Shown here: positions 1 to 11,724 of the stretch, piece by piece
Numbering within the stretch: position 1 is the first letter of the stretch
Layout: each line of letters starts with the position of its first letter
From: Gekko japonicus
Lineage: Eukaryota
Assembly (NCBI RefSeq): GCF_001447785.1
Contig: NW_015175971.1
Location: 391,097 to 455,096 of the forward strand
DNA length: 64,000 bases
Reading direction: 5' to 3'
Notes under the pieces: generated by a model
The model's database searches: none
Seen by the model: only the letters and a program-made list of their open reading frames with translations
What the model was told of the DNA's origin: nothing
Position numbers and translations under genes: made by a program

Positions 1-810
1 GGCTATTGAAGCAGCTTTTTTCTGATGCGAGGGAGGGGGGTGAAAGGGGAGGAGGGGGGAGTCTCTCCCCCCCCAGTTAAATGCTCCTTCCTCTCCATTT
101 TGGGTCTTGCATTGCAGACCCCCCACTTGGCAACCCTAGCAAAAAACCCCACACAGTTTCTCAAAGCACAAAGGACATGACGGCTGCCCGGATGGGTCCG
201 AGTTTGGAAGTAATGGAGGGGCACTGGCAGGACTCGGAGTGGGTGTGGGTGTCTCATCTCTTCCCCCCCCCTGCCTCAAATCAGCCTCTTGCCCAGGTTG
301 AGTCCCGTCCCGAAGGGCAAGAAGGTCCTTCCCTTTCCATTTCTTTGCTTTTGCTCGCCTCGAAGAGGCTTTTTCTGTTGCGGGGGAGAGTTAAATGCTC
401 CTTCCTCTCCACTTTGGGTGAGTCGCACCAGACCCCCAAGCCCCTTTCAGCTCACCCAATCCTTCTCAGCAGCAGCCCGGGAACTGGGTCCCCAATACTT
501 ACATCTCTTCACAGTGTGGGAGGGGGGAACCTCAGGAACTGCTGCAATGGGCCCGGCACAGGAGCTCAGTCAGTCACTCAGAGACTGCCGGCCAGCCACG
601 CCATGAGGACCAGGGGGAAACTGAAACTGACGCTCTAGTCCTCCTTGTCTCTGTGGTTTTAAGAACCATAGAGACTTGGAGGACTTAATATGGAGCGTCA
701 CTTTCCAGCCGCCATTTTTTTCCCCCGGGGCCCAATTTTTAGAAAGCGGGGGAGGGGGTATTGAAAACAGGAGTTCCCCCGTCCCCAGCGGGGGTTTGGG
801 AAGCCTAATT
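1..810. mobile_element. Fragments of non-autonomous DNA transposon(s) with TAGGGTTGCCA-type ends
   Basis: Terminus cttggcaaccctag at ~127-140 and the related ttgggaagcctaa at ~797-809; internal direct repeat gttaaatgctccttcctctcca (~76 and ~390). Confidence 0.45.
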
Positions 811-3107
811 TAACCACATGCTTTCTATACTGGCTCCAATATTTACTTAAATGGAGATTTTTATAGCAATAATGGCATTATGAAAAATTGGGAAAGAACT
901 AGGTTAGACATAGCTTTTTGTTGTGTTAATGGCAATAGGTTTTTCCCTATATCATATCTAATCCTGAACAGCTTCAGAATGCAGAGCCCCCCCCCAAAAA
1001 AATCAGAATTCTAGGGCCACGTACAGTCAGTAAGAGTTTTTCTGCAAACCCAGGAGGAGTTTCTAGGTTTGCAGAAAAATCTGAACATTTAAAGGGGAAA
1101 AACATTTTTCTTAACACAGACACATACACTCTTGCCCCAACCCAGAGCAGCAAAGTTTGTGCAGGGAAGATCTTGCAGTTCTAATGAAGAAATGCTAGCT
1201 AAGATGTAATGCTGACTGTGATCTTGCAGAAGATTTTGTTAAAAACTCTTAAGAGACAAAGCAGAAGGATGATCAGGACAGGGCAGCAGGAGTTGGGGAT
1301 GGACAAGGAGCGGAAGGAAGGCTGTGGCAGAAAGTTGTCCTCCACACTTCCTGCTTAAGGCCTATTGCTGCTGCTGCCGCCACCCACCTGCTGAAGGGGT
1401 ATGTGTAGAGGGAAAAGCCTGCTCCTAACACTCCCATCAGGAGATGGGCAGTGGCAAGAGACTTTAAAGAGGCTTTAAAGAGTCAACATCTGGTTTAACC
1501 TTCCCTCTCTTCTTCCTCCCAGCTGCTTGAGGGTCTGGCTGGCAGGAAGGTTGGGAAGAAGAAGGCAATTATACTTTGTCGTAATATTTTGTGGTAGGAA
1601 TGATAAGAAAATATGGCCACTAAAATAAAAAACCCTGAAGGCTGACAAATTAGTCTGGCTCCTAACATTTTGGACTGTCGCTATTGTGGAAGAAAATTTA
1701 TTAACACCTGATCTACAGGATGGATTTTCCCCCTTGCTGGCCATAAAAGGGTTGTCAGTGAGCATCCTGAGCAATGTGGGCTTCTTGAGGCCCTGGCCTG
1801 GTTAAAAGGGGAATTCTGTCTGAAATCTGTATTTATTTAATCAATTATTTGTAGCCCACTTTCTTCCCTAAGGGGCTCAAAGTGTCTTACAATAACAGAG
1901 ATAGAAAAGAAAATATAACTAAATAAAATGAAGTGGGGAAGGAATGCTTCCAAGTACAGAGCAAATCAGTGAAAGAAACAGAGTCGGCAAGAAGTACTAA
2001 AACTCACTGCTGATAAAACTAGCAGGCTCTTTCCCACTTTCTCACCTCCCTGCCTGCCCCGTTTCCTGCCTGCTCCACTGGAGCTCTAGAAGCCAGCACT
2101 AGGGGTAAAAAGCACAACTTGAGAAAAAGAAAGTAGAAAAAGAACAGTAGAAAAGGCAGAATGCTGAGGTAAATACTGAGGTAAAAAAATGTCCTAGGAG
2201 AGTTGCAAAGCCAATCTCTTTATCTCCGTACTCCATGCCAAGGCAGGGAAAGAACTACTAGAAGGACAAGGGTGCATCCCATCAGTAATTACAGAAAGTT
2301 GCAGTTTGACCCTGCCTCCTATCCTAAAGGGCATGGAATCACCTCATGAGTCAAGGATGCCCTTTTAGTAAGAAGAATACAAACTGATCATTTTTTTGCT
2401 ACAAGTCAATAAAAGAAGGGTCAACAGCACAAATTAGCATTGAATATTTTTAGCAAAATCACATGCCTGAAGTCAGGTGTATAACTATCCTCAATCTGGA
2501 CCTTCACATCAGGTCATATTGATCAGTATCCTAGTACAACAGTTGATGAATATTTGTATAGCACTTACAAAAGATTTAACTCTAAATAAAGGCTGGGGAA
2601 AACCCTAGGTGACAGCTATCCCGACACACAGGCATTTGAAAAATAAATTCTCTTGTAGTTTTATGACCTATAAGAAGAAAAATTATGAAGGCAAGGTCTA
2701 AAGGGTTCTTTTTCCAATTAAGTAGGTGAAGAGCAAAACATACCACTTGTATGCTACTTCTGTATCAACAGTACCAAAGAGGTTTGAAAAAACATTAAAG
2801 TCATAAAAACATTAAATTATTACAATTAAGTACAAAATAAATTCTGAAATAGAAGTATATAAGTTCTCCTAACAGCTTAAACTCCATCATTTAAAATCTG
2901 GTATTACAAGAAAGTCCTTGCCTTCCTCCTAAATAAGACAAGTGAGTGAAAGAAAACAGCCTCTAGCCAGAGATAATTTTATAGTTTGGGGCAGCTACTA
3001 AAAAGGCCCTGCTCTTGACAGATGCCGATCTTATATCCACCAGCGACAGTATTGTGAGCAAGCCCTCATTGGCAGATCTTAAGTAACAAGATAAGCACAA
3101 CTGGTAA

Positions 3108-3917
3108 AATAATATTTGCAACAACATTAATAATTTCATTAATAAATACTTTTTCCCACAAATTCGACAGCAGTATTGGGTAACAAAGGGTAGTAAAGTC
3201 AAGCTGCTGCAAGTTGGTGCCAAATGTGTGGATACAGTTCTTCAAAGAGAGCACTACTATGATACTGCTTTAGATGAGTTAGCAATGGCTCAACTGTGGC
3301 TGAGTCAGAAAAATCAGCAATGGTGCCTCATAGTAGGGCCTCAGGACCAAACAACTATAGAAAATACTGCCACCTGTGAATCTGTTTTCAGTACAGAAGA
3401 ACATCTATACCAGGACAAAGTAGATGTTCGAAACTCCAAATCCACTATCTACAAAAACTTACAAGAAAAGAAACCAACACAATTAGAACCTCTTGACAGT
3501 CAAAATGATCAGCATTGTGATTTGAATAAAACACAAATGTATGTAAAATCTACTTCTACATATACAGAATTAGTGGGAGAGCATGAGATAATTATGTATT
3601 TGACAGACTTTCTTCACACTGACTTGACAACTGAGGAAGAAAGAAAAATGACCATGGAAGATTTTCTGAGGCAGGCTGGTATCTTTCATTACGCAAGCAA
3701 CCTTACTGTCTATCAATCCACATATAAGCTGTGTGACCAGTACACAGTTATAATAAAAAGGGAGGATAGCTCTTTGACAGAATCTGCAACTGTACTATTA
3801 GATGTGGATATTTCATGTATTTGCAAAGGTTTTGAAGAAATAGAAAAATTGGCAAATTATCTGGAATTTGAGCATCAAGCAATCCAAAGCGAACAAGAAT
3901 TGTTCACACAGAATTAA
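3108..3917 (+). CDS. Uncharacterised CYTH/thiamine-triphosphatase-like open frame (terminal exon or pseudogene)
   Basis: The frame is open from 3108 to the stop at 3917. IRQQYWVTKGSKVKLLQVGAKCVDTVLQREHYYDTALDELAMAQLWLSQKNQQWCL aligns by eye with the THTPA N-terminus (IEVERKF...LQELGG...[23 protein letters not shown]..WEL). AATAAA at ~3990. No ATG upstream of the domain. Confidence 0.55.
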   Translation, partial: NNICNNINNFINKYFFPQIRQQYWVTKGSKVKLLQVGAKCVDTVLQREHYYDTALDELAMAQLWLSQKNQQWCLIVGPQDQTTIENTATCESVFSTEEHLYQDKVDVRNSKSTIYKNLQEKKPTQLEPLDSQNDQHCDLNKTQMYVKSTSTYTELVGEHEIIMYLTDFLHTDLTTEEERKMTMEDFLRQAGIFHYASNLTVYQSTYKLCDQYTVIIKREDSSLTESATVLLDVDISCICKGFEEIEKLANYLEFEHQAIQSEQELFTQN

Positions 3918-4560
3918 TATTTTCATTTCTGGGACAACTTTTTGAGGAATTAAGGGTACAGCTGTCATTACTTCAATAATTTTTAAAGGAATAAATAAAA
4001 TGTAAACCCAGCCTTGTGTGTAATACAATCTTGTGCAGCTTGAAAATGCAGTTTTATGGCAACAGCAGTAGTACAACTAAATGTCAGCAGAGATCTATGA
4101 ATAACACCACTAACAGTAGCTGTAGGAAGCAAACACTATTCCAGAGAGCTCCACTAAAATGAACTGCTTAAAACGTTATTCTTTTTAAAATTGCACAGGT
4201 AGCTGCATGCCAGTACAATTAAATCCTTCAACTAACCAACCCTAATCTTCTCATTTAACACTGCTGCATAAAATCACATTGTCTGATAAACTGGGATCTC
4301 AACAGTCATAACTTTTGCTAGATACAATGAATATATTACACCCTGAAAGGGTTCCTGAATCCAGATCATTTCTTCTCAAAATATTAGTTTCTTGTTAGCC
4401 TTGTTTTGTGAATAGCAACACTTGTAAACAAAAAAGAGACACAGCTCAAAACCTACAGAACAGCTGTCATGTTCACATGCTGCAATGTGACCCATATGCC
4501 TAGATTTCTTTCTTTTAGTCATACAACCACACATACATACCATCATTGTGCAATATCATT

Positions 4561-5152
4561 GAGGAATTTCAGACAGGCAATATATTCCGGAAGAGGAACA
4601 GTTCCCAAACGGTTTCTGGTCTGTCATTTCAGACAGAATCGTTTCAGAACCGGTTCCCTTCCGGAATATATTTGTCATTTCATACACAATCACTTCTGTC
4701 CCGTTTAGGAAATGGGGCTGAAGCGTTTTACCTGTCAACCGCTTCCAAGTACTCCTCAGTTTCCTCTCCCGGTTCCGATGCGCTTTTCCACGCCTTTTTT
4801 CACCCGCGCGGGCGATCTCTGGCTTTTTTTTTAACGTTTGCTTTATAGCGCTATAACACTATAACGGAATAGCATTATATCAATCCCATTGGAATGCATG
4901 GAGTGTTTTGTTATACTACTATAGCGCTATAGTGCTCTAAAGCGAACATTAAAAAAAAAGGCGGAAATCGCCCGCATGGGCAAAAAACAGCAGGGGAAAA
5001 GTGGTGCAGTCTGAAATGGCAAACCGCTTCAGATCCAGCTCTTTACCGGAAGGGGAAAGCCCTGTGTGAAATGGCAGCCCTATACCAGTTCACTTCAAAA
5101 CGGATCATTACAAGCTTGAAACCGGGTGAAACTGGGTAATGTGAAATTCCCC
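4561..5152. mobile_element. Fold-back MITE, PIF/Harbinger-like
   Basis: TIRs gaggaatttcaga / tgtgaaattcccc, 3-bp ATT duplication on both sides, and long internal inverted symmetry centred on cccattggaatgcatgg (~4885-4901). Confidence 0.7.
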
Positions 5153-5206
5153 ATTGTGTTCACCAGTCGGTCCCATGTAGAAATCAAATCTAGATTCTAT
5201 TTGTCC

Positions 5207-5386
5207 TAAGGAACACATGAAGCTGCCTTGTATTGAATCAGACCCTTGGTCCCTCAGCCGCTCTCCAGGGAGCAGGGTCTTTCACAACACCTACTACCTG
5301 ATCCTTTCACCTGGAGACACCAGGGATTAAACCTAGAATCTTCTGCATGCCAAGCAGATGCTCTACCACTGAGCCACAGTCCCTCC
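5207..5386 (-). mobile_element. tRNA-derived SINE (squamate Squam-type)
   Basis: Minus-strand A box tggctcagtgg and B-box-like ggtttaatccc, with tail ...aaggcagcttcatgtgttc. Related degraded copies at ~57830-58035 and ~61770-61895. Confidence 0.7.
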
Positions 5387-6358
5387 ATTGGAAAAAAAAT
5401 CCAATTACATGCAACCTCTGTAGCAAGTCCGTAATTTCTTTTACTCTGAGTCCTTCAGAGCCCAGGCTTAGTTTAGCGCTTCCTTTACTACTTTAATTGT
5501 ATTGTTATAGTTCTGCTGCATTTACCATTAGTTATGTCATCAGCGTTCATGACTACCTGGTTCAGAGTACAAATCTGTTCACCTTGTTACTGTATACATT
5601 TCAGTTTGAATATAATTTCCTCTTCTCTGAACTAGAATGTAAAATGAGCATTCAGGCTGACCAGACTGCACTGTAGATGCATGCATGTATGTTCTTCAAT
5701 ATTAAACCCTTCTGGGCCAATTGTGTTTTTATAATTAATTTTATTTTATTTTTTAAATCTGCACCGGATTGCTGTTGCAGAAGTTTGAAAGAATCTGGGA
5801 AGAAATCTGTTGCTTCAAGACTAGAAAGGGTTCATTGCTTTCTTTTTAAGACAGGTTGAGATTTTTAAATGTTTTCACTTCTCTATAGTATAGTAGCATT
5901 CTTTGGAGTATGAGTGTACTCCAGTGCAGATTAAACAAGTATTTTAACAGATTTTTAATCTTTTAAACAAACTAAGACAACACAAAATATCAATACAAAC
6001 ATACACTATCCTCCGGTATATATAATCCTGTTTTGGTCATGGACTCCCCTGAACATTCCAACACACTCCAAAATCAGTTCGCTCTCTGATCTGTCATTCA
6101 GAGGGTCTCCCTATCCACTGGCTGCTTTGCCTGAGTCCTGCCTCCAACATTCTAAACAGTTTGCTTTTCCTCTCCCCCCAACAGCCAGTCAGAACACAGA
6201 GGTCATTTGCATATGTGGCCTGATTCGCCTTTGCCTCGGAACACAGAGGTCGTTTGCATATGTGGCCTCACTGGCCTTTCCCTCTAACATTCTGAACAGT
6301 TTGCTGTTGATGTTCTGAGGTAAAATTAATTTCCCCTTAGTGTCTGTTGGGGGAAACC

Positions 6359-6701
6359 ATGGTTGCAAATCTCCAGGTGAGGGCTAAATATCACTCCGAA
6401 TCACAACTGCTTTCCAGATGGCAGAGATCAGTTCCCCTGGAGAAAATGGTGGACTCTGTGTCCTTATATGCTGCTGAGATGGCCCCTGTATGACAGCCAA
6501 TGTGACATAGCAGTCAGGGCTTCAGCTATTAAAACTGATGTCCAGATGACCCAGATCAGTTCTCTTGGAGACAATGGCTGCTTTGGGCAGTAGATTCTAT
6601 GGCATTATACCCTGCTGAGGTCCCTTCCCACCCCAAACCCTCCCCTCCCCAGGCTCTACCCTCAAATCTACAGGTATGTTCCAACCCAGAGTTGGCAACC
6701 G
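6359..6701 (+). mobile_element. MITE with (T)AGGGTTGCCA ends, internally rearranged
   Basis: Same family as 29319-29514 (gagatcagttcccctggagaaaatgg core, present twice here); ends gttggcaacc. Confidence 0.65.
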
Positions 6702-7094
6702 TGTAATTGGCTATGGAACCACTTTCCAGACCCTTGGAACCCAGAAAACGTGGCACAGGAGGAGATGCTTTTCTACCTTAGCTGCCACTGCATAACACCC
6801 CCCTACCCCTCAAAAAATAAGTCAGAGGTGGAGAGAACGGTATCTGTTACCATGAGGCTGTCCTCCCATTCTACCCACTTGGGGCAGCAAAATGACTTGA
6901 GACAGCCCTGCCTTATAGCTAAGCAGAAGGAAAGCAACATGGCTTGCCTCCCTCCATTTTCTGTTTCCCTCTGCCGCCCCACCAGCCACAGTCGGGACAT
7001 TCATCTGGAGCTTCCTTCTAGATCCCGTTGTATTCCTTCCCACAACGAGCATTACTCCTAGTACAAATATAAACATAAAATAGGTTTCCATCCC

Positions 7095-8890
7095 TCAATT
7101 CTTTAATTTATAAATGTTGTTAATCATTTGTACTCCCATGATTTCCAAATTTACGGCTAGTATATCAATTTTTTGCTCACAATTTAACAAAATTTTCTAA
7201 CCATTTATAAAATCTTGACCAGACATCATTAAATATATTATCACTTCTCCTTGAAGTAATATAGTTAAATTGTCCATTTCAGCTATGTCCATTATCTTAT
7301 AAATTATATCTTCTTTTTGTGGTATTTCTTCTTTTTTCCACAAGGATGTGTATACGATTCTAGCCGCTGTTACTAAATGAGAGATCAAATAGCAATCATT
7401 TTTTTTAAAACTGATCCGGAATAATAGTTAATAAAAAGAGCTCAGGTTTAAAAGGAATACTGACTCCTAATATTTGCTGTATCATTTCATGCACCCCAAT
7501 CCAGAACTTTTTACTCTTTTCACAGGTCCACCAAATGTGGTAGAAAGAACCAACTTTTTCTTTACACTTCCAACAGCGATTTGACATATTGGGATAATAT
7601 CTAGCCAATTTATCAGGGGTCATATACCACCTGTAAAACATCTTAAGAAGATTTTCTTTAAACGTAACGACTTTAGTAAATCTTCCAGATTTTTGCCCAT
7701 TAGTCTAAATTAATACTATATCCTAAATTTTTTGCCCAAGCTATCATAGGGGCCTTGACTTCTTCATCTTGCATCTTATAGTCTAGCAGTATCATGTACT
7801 TCCAGGCCTAAAAGAATTTTATCTATCTGTTTTTCATGGAAACCCATATGTTTATCTTTGGCAAATCTGGATTCTAATTGAATTCTTTCCCAGAGACACA
7901 CCTTGTTTTTGCAAGATTTCTTGGGTTTTTAATTCATTTTTGTTGTTTAGAAGATCATCGTACTTCCCTAAAAGGCTATCCGAGATTAAATTGGGGTTTG
8001 TGAACGCTTCCAAAGGTGCTATCCATTTTGGTATTTTTGTATAAAACAAGCTTTTTATCTCTTGCCAAATCTTCAACAGGGCAGCTCTGAGGGTGTGTTG
8101 TTTAAAGTATGTATGTGCATTTTGTTTGCCATACCAAAGGAAAGCATGCCAACCCAATAATAAATTGTGGCCTTCTAATTTCAAGACTTTTGCATTTTGC
8201 AGGATAATCCATTCTCGAATCCATGTCAAAATTGCGGCCTGGTAGTATAAACGGCAATCCGGTAAAGCAAAGCCTCCTCAATCTTTCCTATCCGGAAGTG
8301 CTTTTAACTTAATTCTATGCCTTTTTTGTTGCCAAATAAATTGTTGAGCAAGTTTTTCTAATTCTCTAAAATAAGTTTGGTTTTTAAGAATTGGTATCGT
8401 CTGGAAAAAGAACAAGACTCTAGGTAGGACATTCATTTTCAGTGCTGTGATTCTTCCCATGAGGGAGAGTTGCATATCCTTCCATTTTTCCAGGACTTTC
8501 TTGATTTCAGAGATAAGCTTTGAATAGTTGTCTTGGAAAAGCGAGCTGCACCTATTTGTCATGTTTACTCCCAAATATTTTATCATCTTCTGAATTTCAA
8601 ACCCAGATATCTTTTGTAGTTGTTGATTCTGTTCTTCTGTGCAGTTCTTTGTCATTATTTTTGTTTTTTTGAAATTAGTTTTTAATCCTGCTACCGATCC
8701 ATATTGTTGTATTAGTGTTAACAAATATTTCATAGACTGAAGGGGATCTTGCCATATAAATACTAAATCATCGGCAAACGCCTGTAATTTAAATTCCTCA
8801 TCTTTTATTTTCAAACCCTTAATTCGGTTTTCACTTCTAATTGTGTTACACAATATTTCCAAGGCAAAAATAAACAGATTAAACAAATAT
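7095..8890 (-). mobile_element. L1-clade LINE, 5'-truncated ORF2 (RT and C-terminal zinc knuckle), frameshifted
   Basis: LQAFADDLVF RT motif, KYLGV, and CWKCKEKVGSFYHIWWTC across ORFs 8278-8886, 7852-8229, 7405-7641 and 7197-7388. Confidence 0.9.
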
Positions 8891-9071
8891 TTTGAGGATT
8901 ATCTAAAATTTACAGGTAGTCCCAAGGAAACACAGGATGATCTGCATTTCAGATATATAATTCATTCTTAACATTATGAAGACAAAATATTAAAACATGT
9001 CAGTTAGATTTTTGTACCACTGTATTATGCTGTTATCATAATACAAAATTATTCATTCTTTTTAGAATGAA

Positions 9072-9612
9072 CAAGAGGGGGACCCGCGATACTCGCGGGG
9101 GGGGAGAGAAGAGCCCCGTCTCCTCCATCCCCCCATCTCCCCGAGGCGGCGGGGGCGGCGGCAGCGGCGAGGCCGGTGTTCGCCCCCCCTGAGGCCGGTC
9201 TTCCCCCCCGCCCGCCCCCCCGCCCTGCCTGCCGGCTCGGGGGAGGGGGAGGAGGCGGCAGCGAGNNNNNNNNNNNNNNNNNNNNNNNNNNNNNNNNNNN
9301 NNNNNNNNNNNNNNNNNNNNNNNNNNNNNNNNNNNNNNNNNNNNNNNNNNNNNNNNNNNNNNNNNNNNNNNNNNNNNNNNNNNNNNNNNNNNNNAGCGTT
9401 CGCAGAGCGTCTCCTGCGCACGCGCAGGAGACGCTCTTGCACTTTTGGGGGGATTTAAACATCCCCCCAAATTTTTTTTAACTTTTTTTATTTTTGTGCA
9501 CATGTGGGGACTGCCCCACATGTGCACAAACCTCCCCCTGCCCCCCAAGTGCCCCCAAAGTGCAGATATAGATATCCGCACGGAGGGGGCAACTTGGGTA
9601 TTAGTATAAGGA
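9072..9612 (-). mobile_element. Non-autonomous Helitron (contains an N gap)
   Basis: Minus-strand 5' TCCTTATACTAATA; 3' hairpin CCCGCGAGTATCGCGGG followed by a CTTG end; inserted between A and T with no TSD. Confidence 0.8.
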
Positions 9613-10848
9613 TATAGCCCATAGCCATGACTTCTCATATCTTGTTAAACAAGCTGGATAGCTTTGATTTCCTCCAGTTTCTAGAAGTACAATGAGCTCA
9701 TCCCAATTCAGGAATAGTTTTGCTGTCTGGACATCCATATTGTTTTGGGCTGAGTGCAGTAAAATAATTAGTTCTTTTTGATATGAAAGCAAAATCTTGG
9801 ATTTTAATACAAGATTACTATATCTGAAAATACGAACTGCTGCATTTTCTTCGGCACAATGCAGAATACTCTCCACAGATATGGTGTAAACCAGGGGTCT
9901 CCAACATGTGGCCCTTTTCTGGTGCCTGGTGAGCATTTTTGGGAAGTGGGTGGGGCCAGAAGCAGCTTCTGCCCACCAGGGTTTGAGACTGGCCAGGAGA
10001 GTTCTGACTGGCTCTGAAGATGAAAAAAAAAACCCTCTTCACCAGCCACAACTGCCATAGCACATGAATCTTCACTTCTGAATGAAAGCTGGCCCTTATC
10101 CTACTTTCCCACTCATTTGGCCTGGGATGGGTAGCCCTGTACTAGAAAAAGCCAGCGGGCCTGAACAGGGGAAAGGAAGAAAGCCTGCATAAACCTAGCA
10201 GCTGGCTCCTGCCCCCAGCACTGCTGATGTAGCCCAGGACAAAAGTAAACTAGCTAGCCTGAGTGGGAAGGCAGAGATAAGCCCCTCTTCCCCCCCCCCT
10301 GTGCCCCCCCCCCAAGCAACACTGCTGCAGCCAGGAAGGACAAGATGCCCAGCACTTGTGGGAAAAGAGAAGTGCACTGTTTTGTCTCATTCCTGCACTG
10401 CTGCTGCAACTGCCTGGGAAGCAAAGCAAGCTGGCTGGTTGGAATGCAGGTGCAAAGCCCCCCCAAAGTGCCCCCCCCCCGGCTACTTTCCATCCCAAGC
10501 AGCAGTGCCCGGGACAAAAGCAGGCTAGCTGGCTTGAAGCAGGGATGCAGTAAAACCCTCCTCTCCAGCACCTGGGAAGAAAGCTGGCTAGCTATCCTGA
10601 ATGGGATGTGTATAAAGTTCAACTCACATGGTCAGCATTTTATTTCCCACTATTTTTGCTGAATTCCTAAGAGATGCCAAAGAATATGAGCTGAGGCTAT
10701 TTCAATAGCATCTTAAGCTTAGAACAAAATTTCCTTTAATACCCATAGGAGCTGCAATGAAAACTACAACTACTGTTAATATTCATTTCATTCCATGTAC
10801 CCTAGGCTCTGATCTAGCAAGGAAAAGGAGTCCTAAGTGAACTGCCCA

Positions 10849-11151
10849 CAGGAAGGTCGGTAGCTTGGCATTTTGAGACCCTAGGGCCGCGTGACTGAGT
10901 GAGCTCCCGTCTCTGGTCCCAGCTCCTGCTAGAAGTTCAAAACCAAGAAATTGCAAGTAGATAAATAGGTACCACTTTGGTGGGAAGGTAACAGTGTTCC
11001 GTGAGCCTCGGTATCTAGTCATGCCGGGCACATGACCACGGAGACATCTTCGGACAGCACTGGCTCTTCGGCTTGGAAACAGAGATGAGCACCGCCCCCT
11101 AGAGTTGGATTCAACTAGCTTTCGAGCAAGGGAAACCTTTACCTTTACCTT
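10849..11151 (+). mobile_element. Sauria SINE (5'-truncated)
   Basis: Core gtagataaataggtacc...gggaaggtaac...gtcatgccgg..cacatgacc and (ACCTTT)n tail. Confidence 0.9.
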
Positions 11152-11724
11152 TAAGCAACAGTCTGAATGGATGGCTTGGTACTCACCCAAAAAGGTGGCT
11201 GTGTTCCTCCACTGTTTTAATCAGTACATGGAAGAAGTTTACTTTTGAGCATTCCTAATCAAAAGACCCTGCCCGTTCTGTACTATGTATAAAGATGGGG
11301 CTGTTTCCTGTGTGTGTGGAATACACTGCTACTACCTGCCAAGTGGAATAGATAGTTTAACCAGTCACAGGCTCATTCTGCATCTAGCATTCACTCCATT
11401 GTTTTACCAAACCCACACAGACTCAGAAAAAGATGTGGCTCAAAACCGCATTCAAATACCCCAGGCCAACACTGTACTCACTGCAAAGTCACCCCTGAAT
11501 GGCAATAAAATGACCATAAATCTATGCAGACGGTTACTACCAAACCAAGAGTTCAAATGAAGTGAAACCGACATGCAGTCTGGACACTGCCATAAAATCC
11601 GACAATCAAAGTGAAATGGCATGCAATGTAGAGGGGAATTTCTGTTACAACATGGGTTTGGTAAAACAGTGGAGTGAATGCTAGATGCAGAATGGGCCGC
11701 AATTAAAAATATAGATATAGAATA

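Noticed and set aside
81-638. 185-aa ORF
   Set aside because: Lies in transposon-derived repeated sequence; no recognisable protein features.
9036-9638. Long overlapping ORFs across N gaps (also 17996-18650)
   Set aside because: Artefacts of N runs and GC-rich low-complexity sequence.
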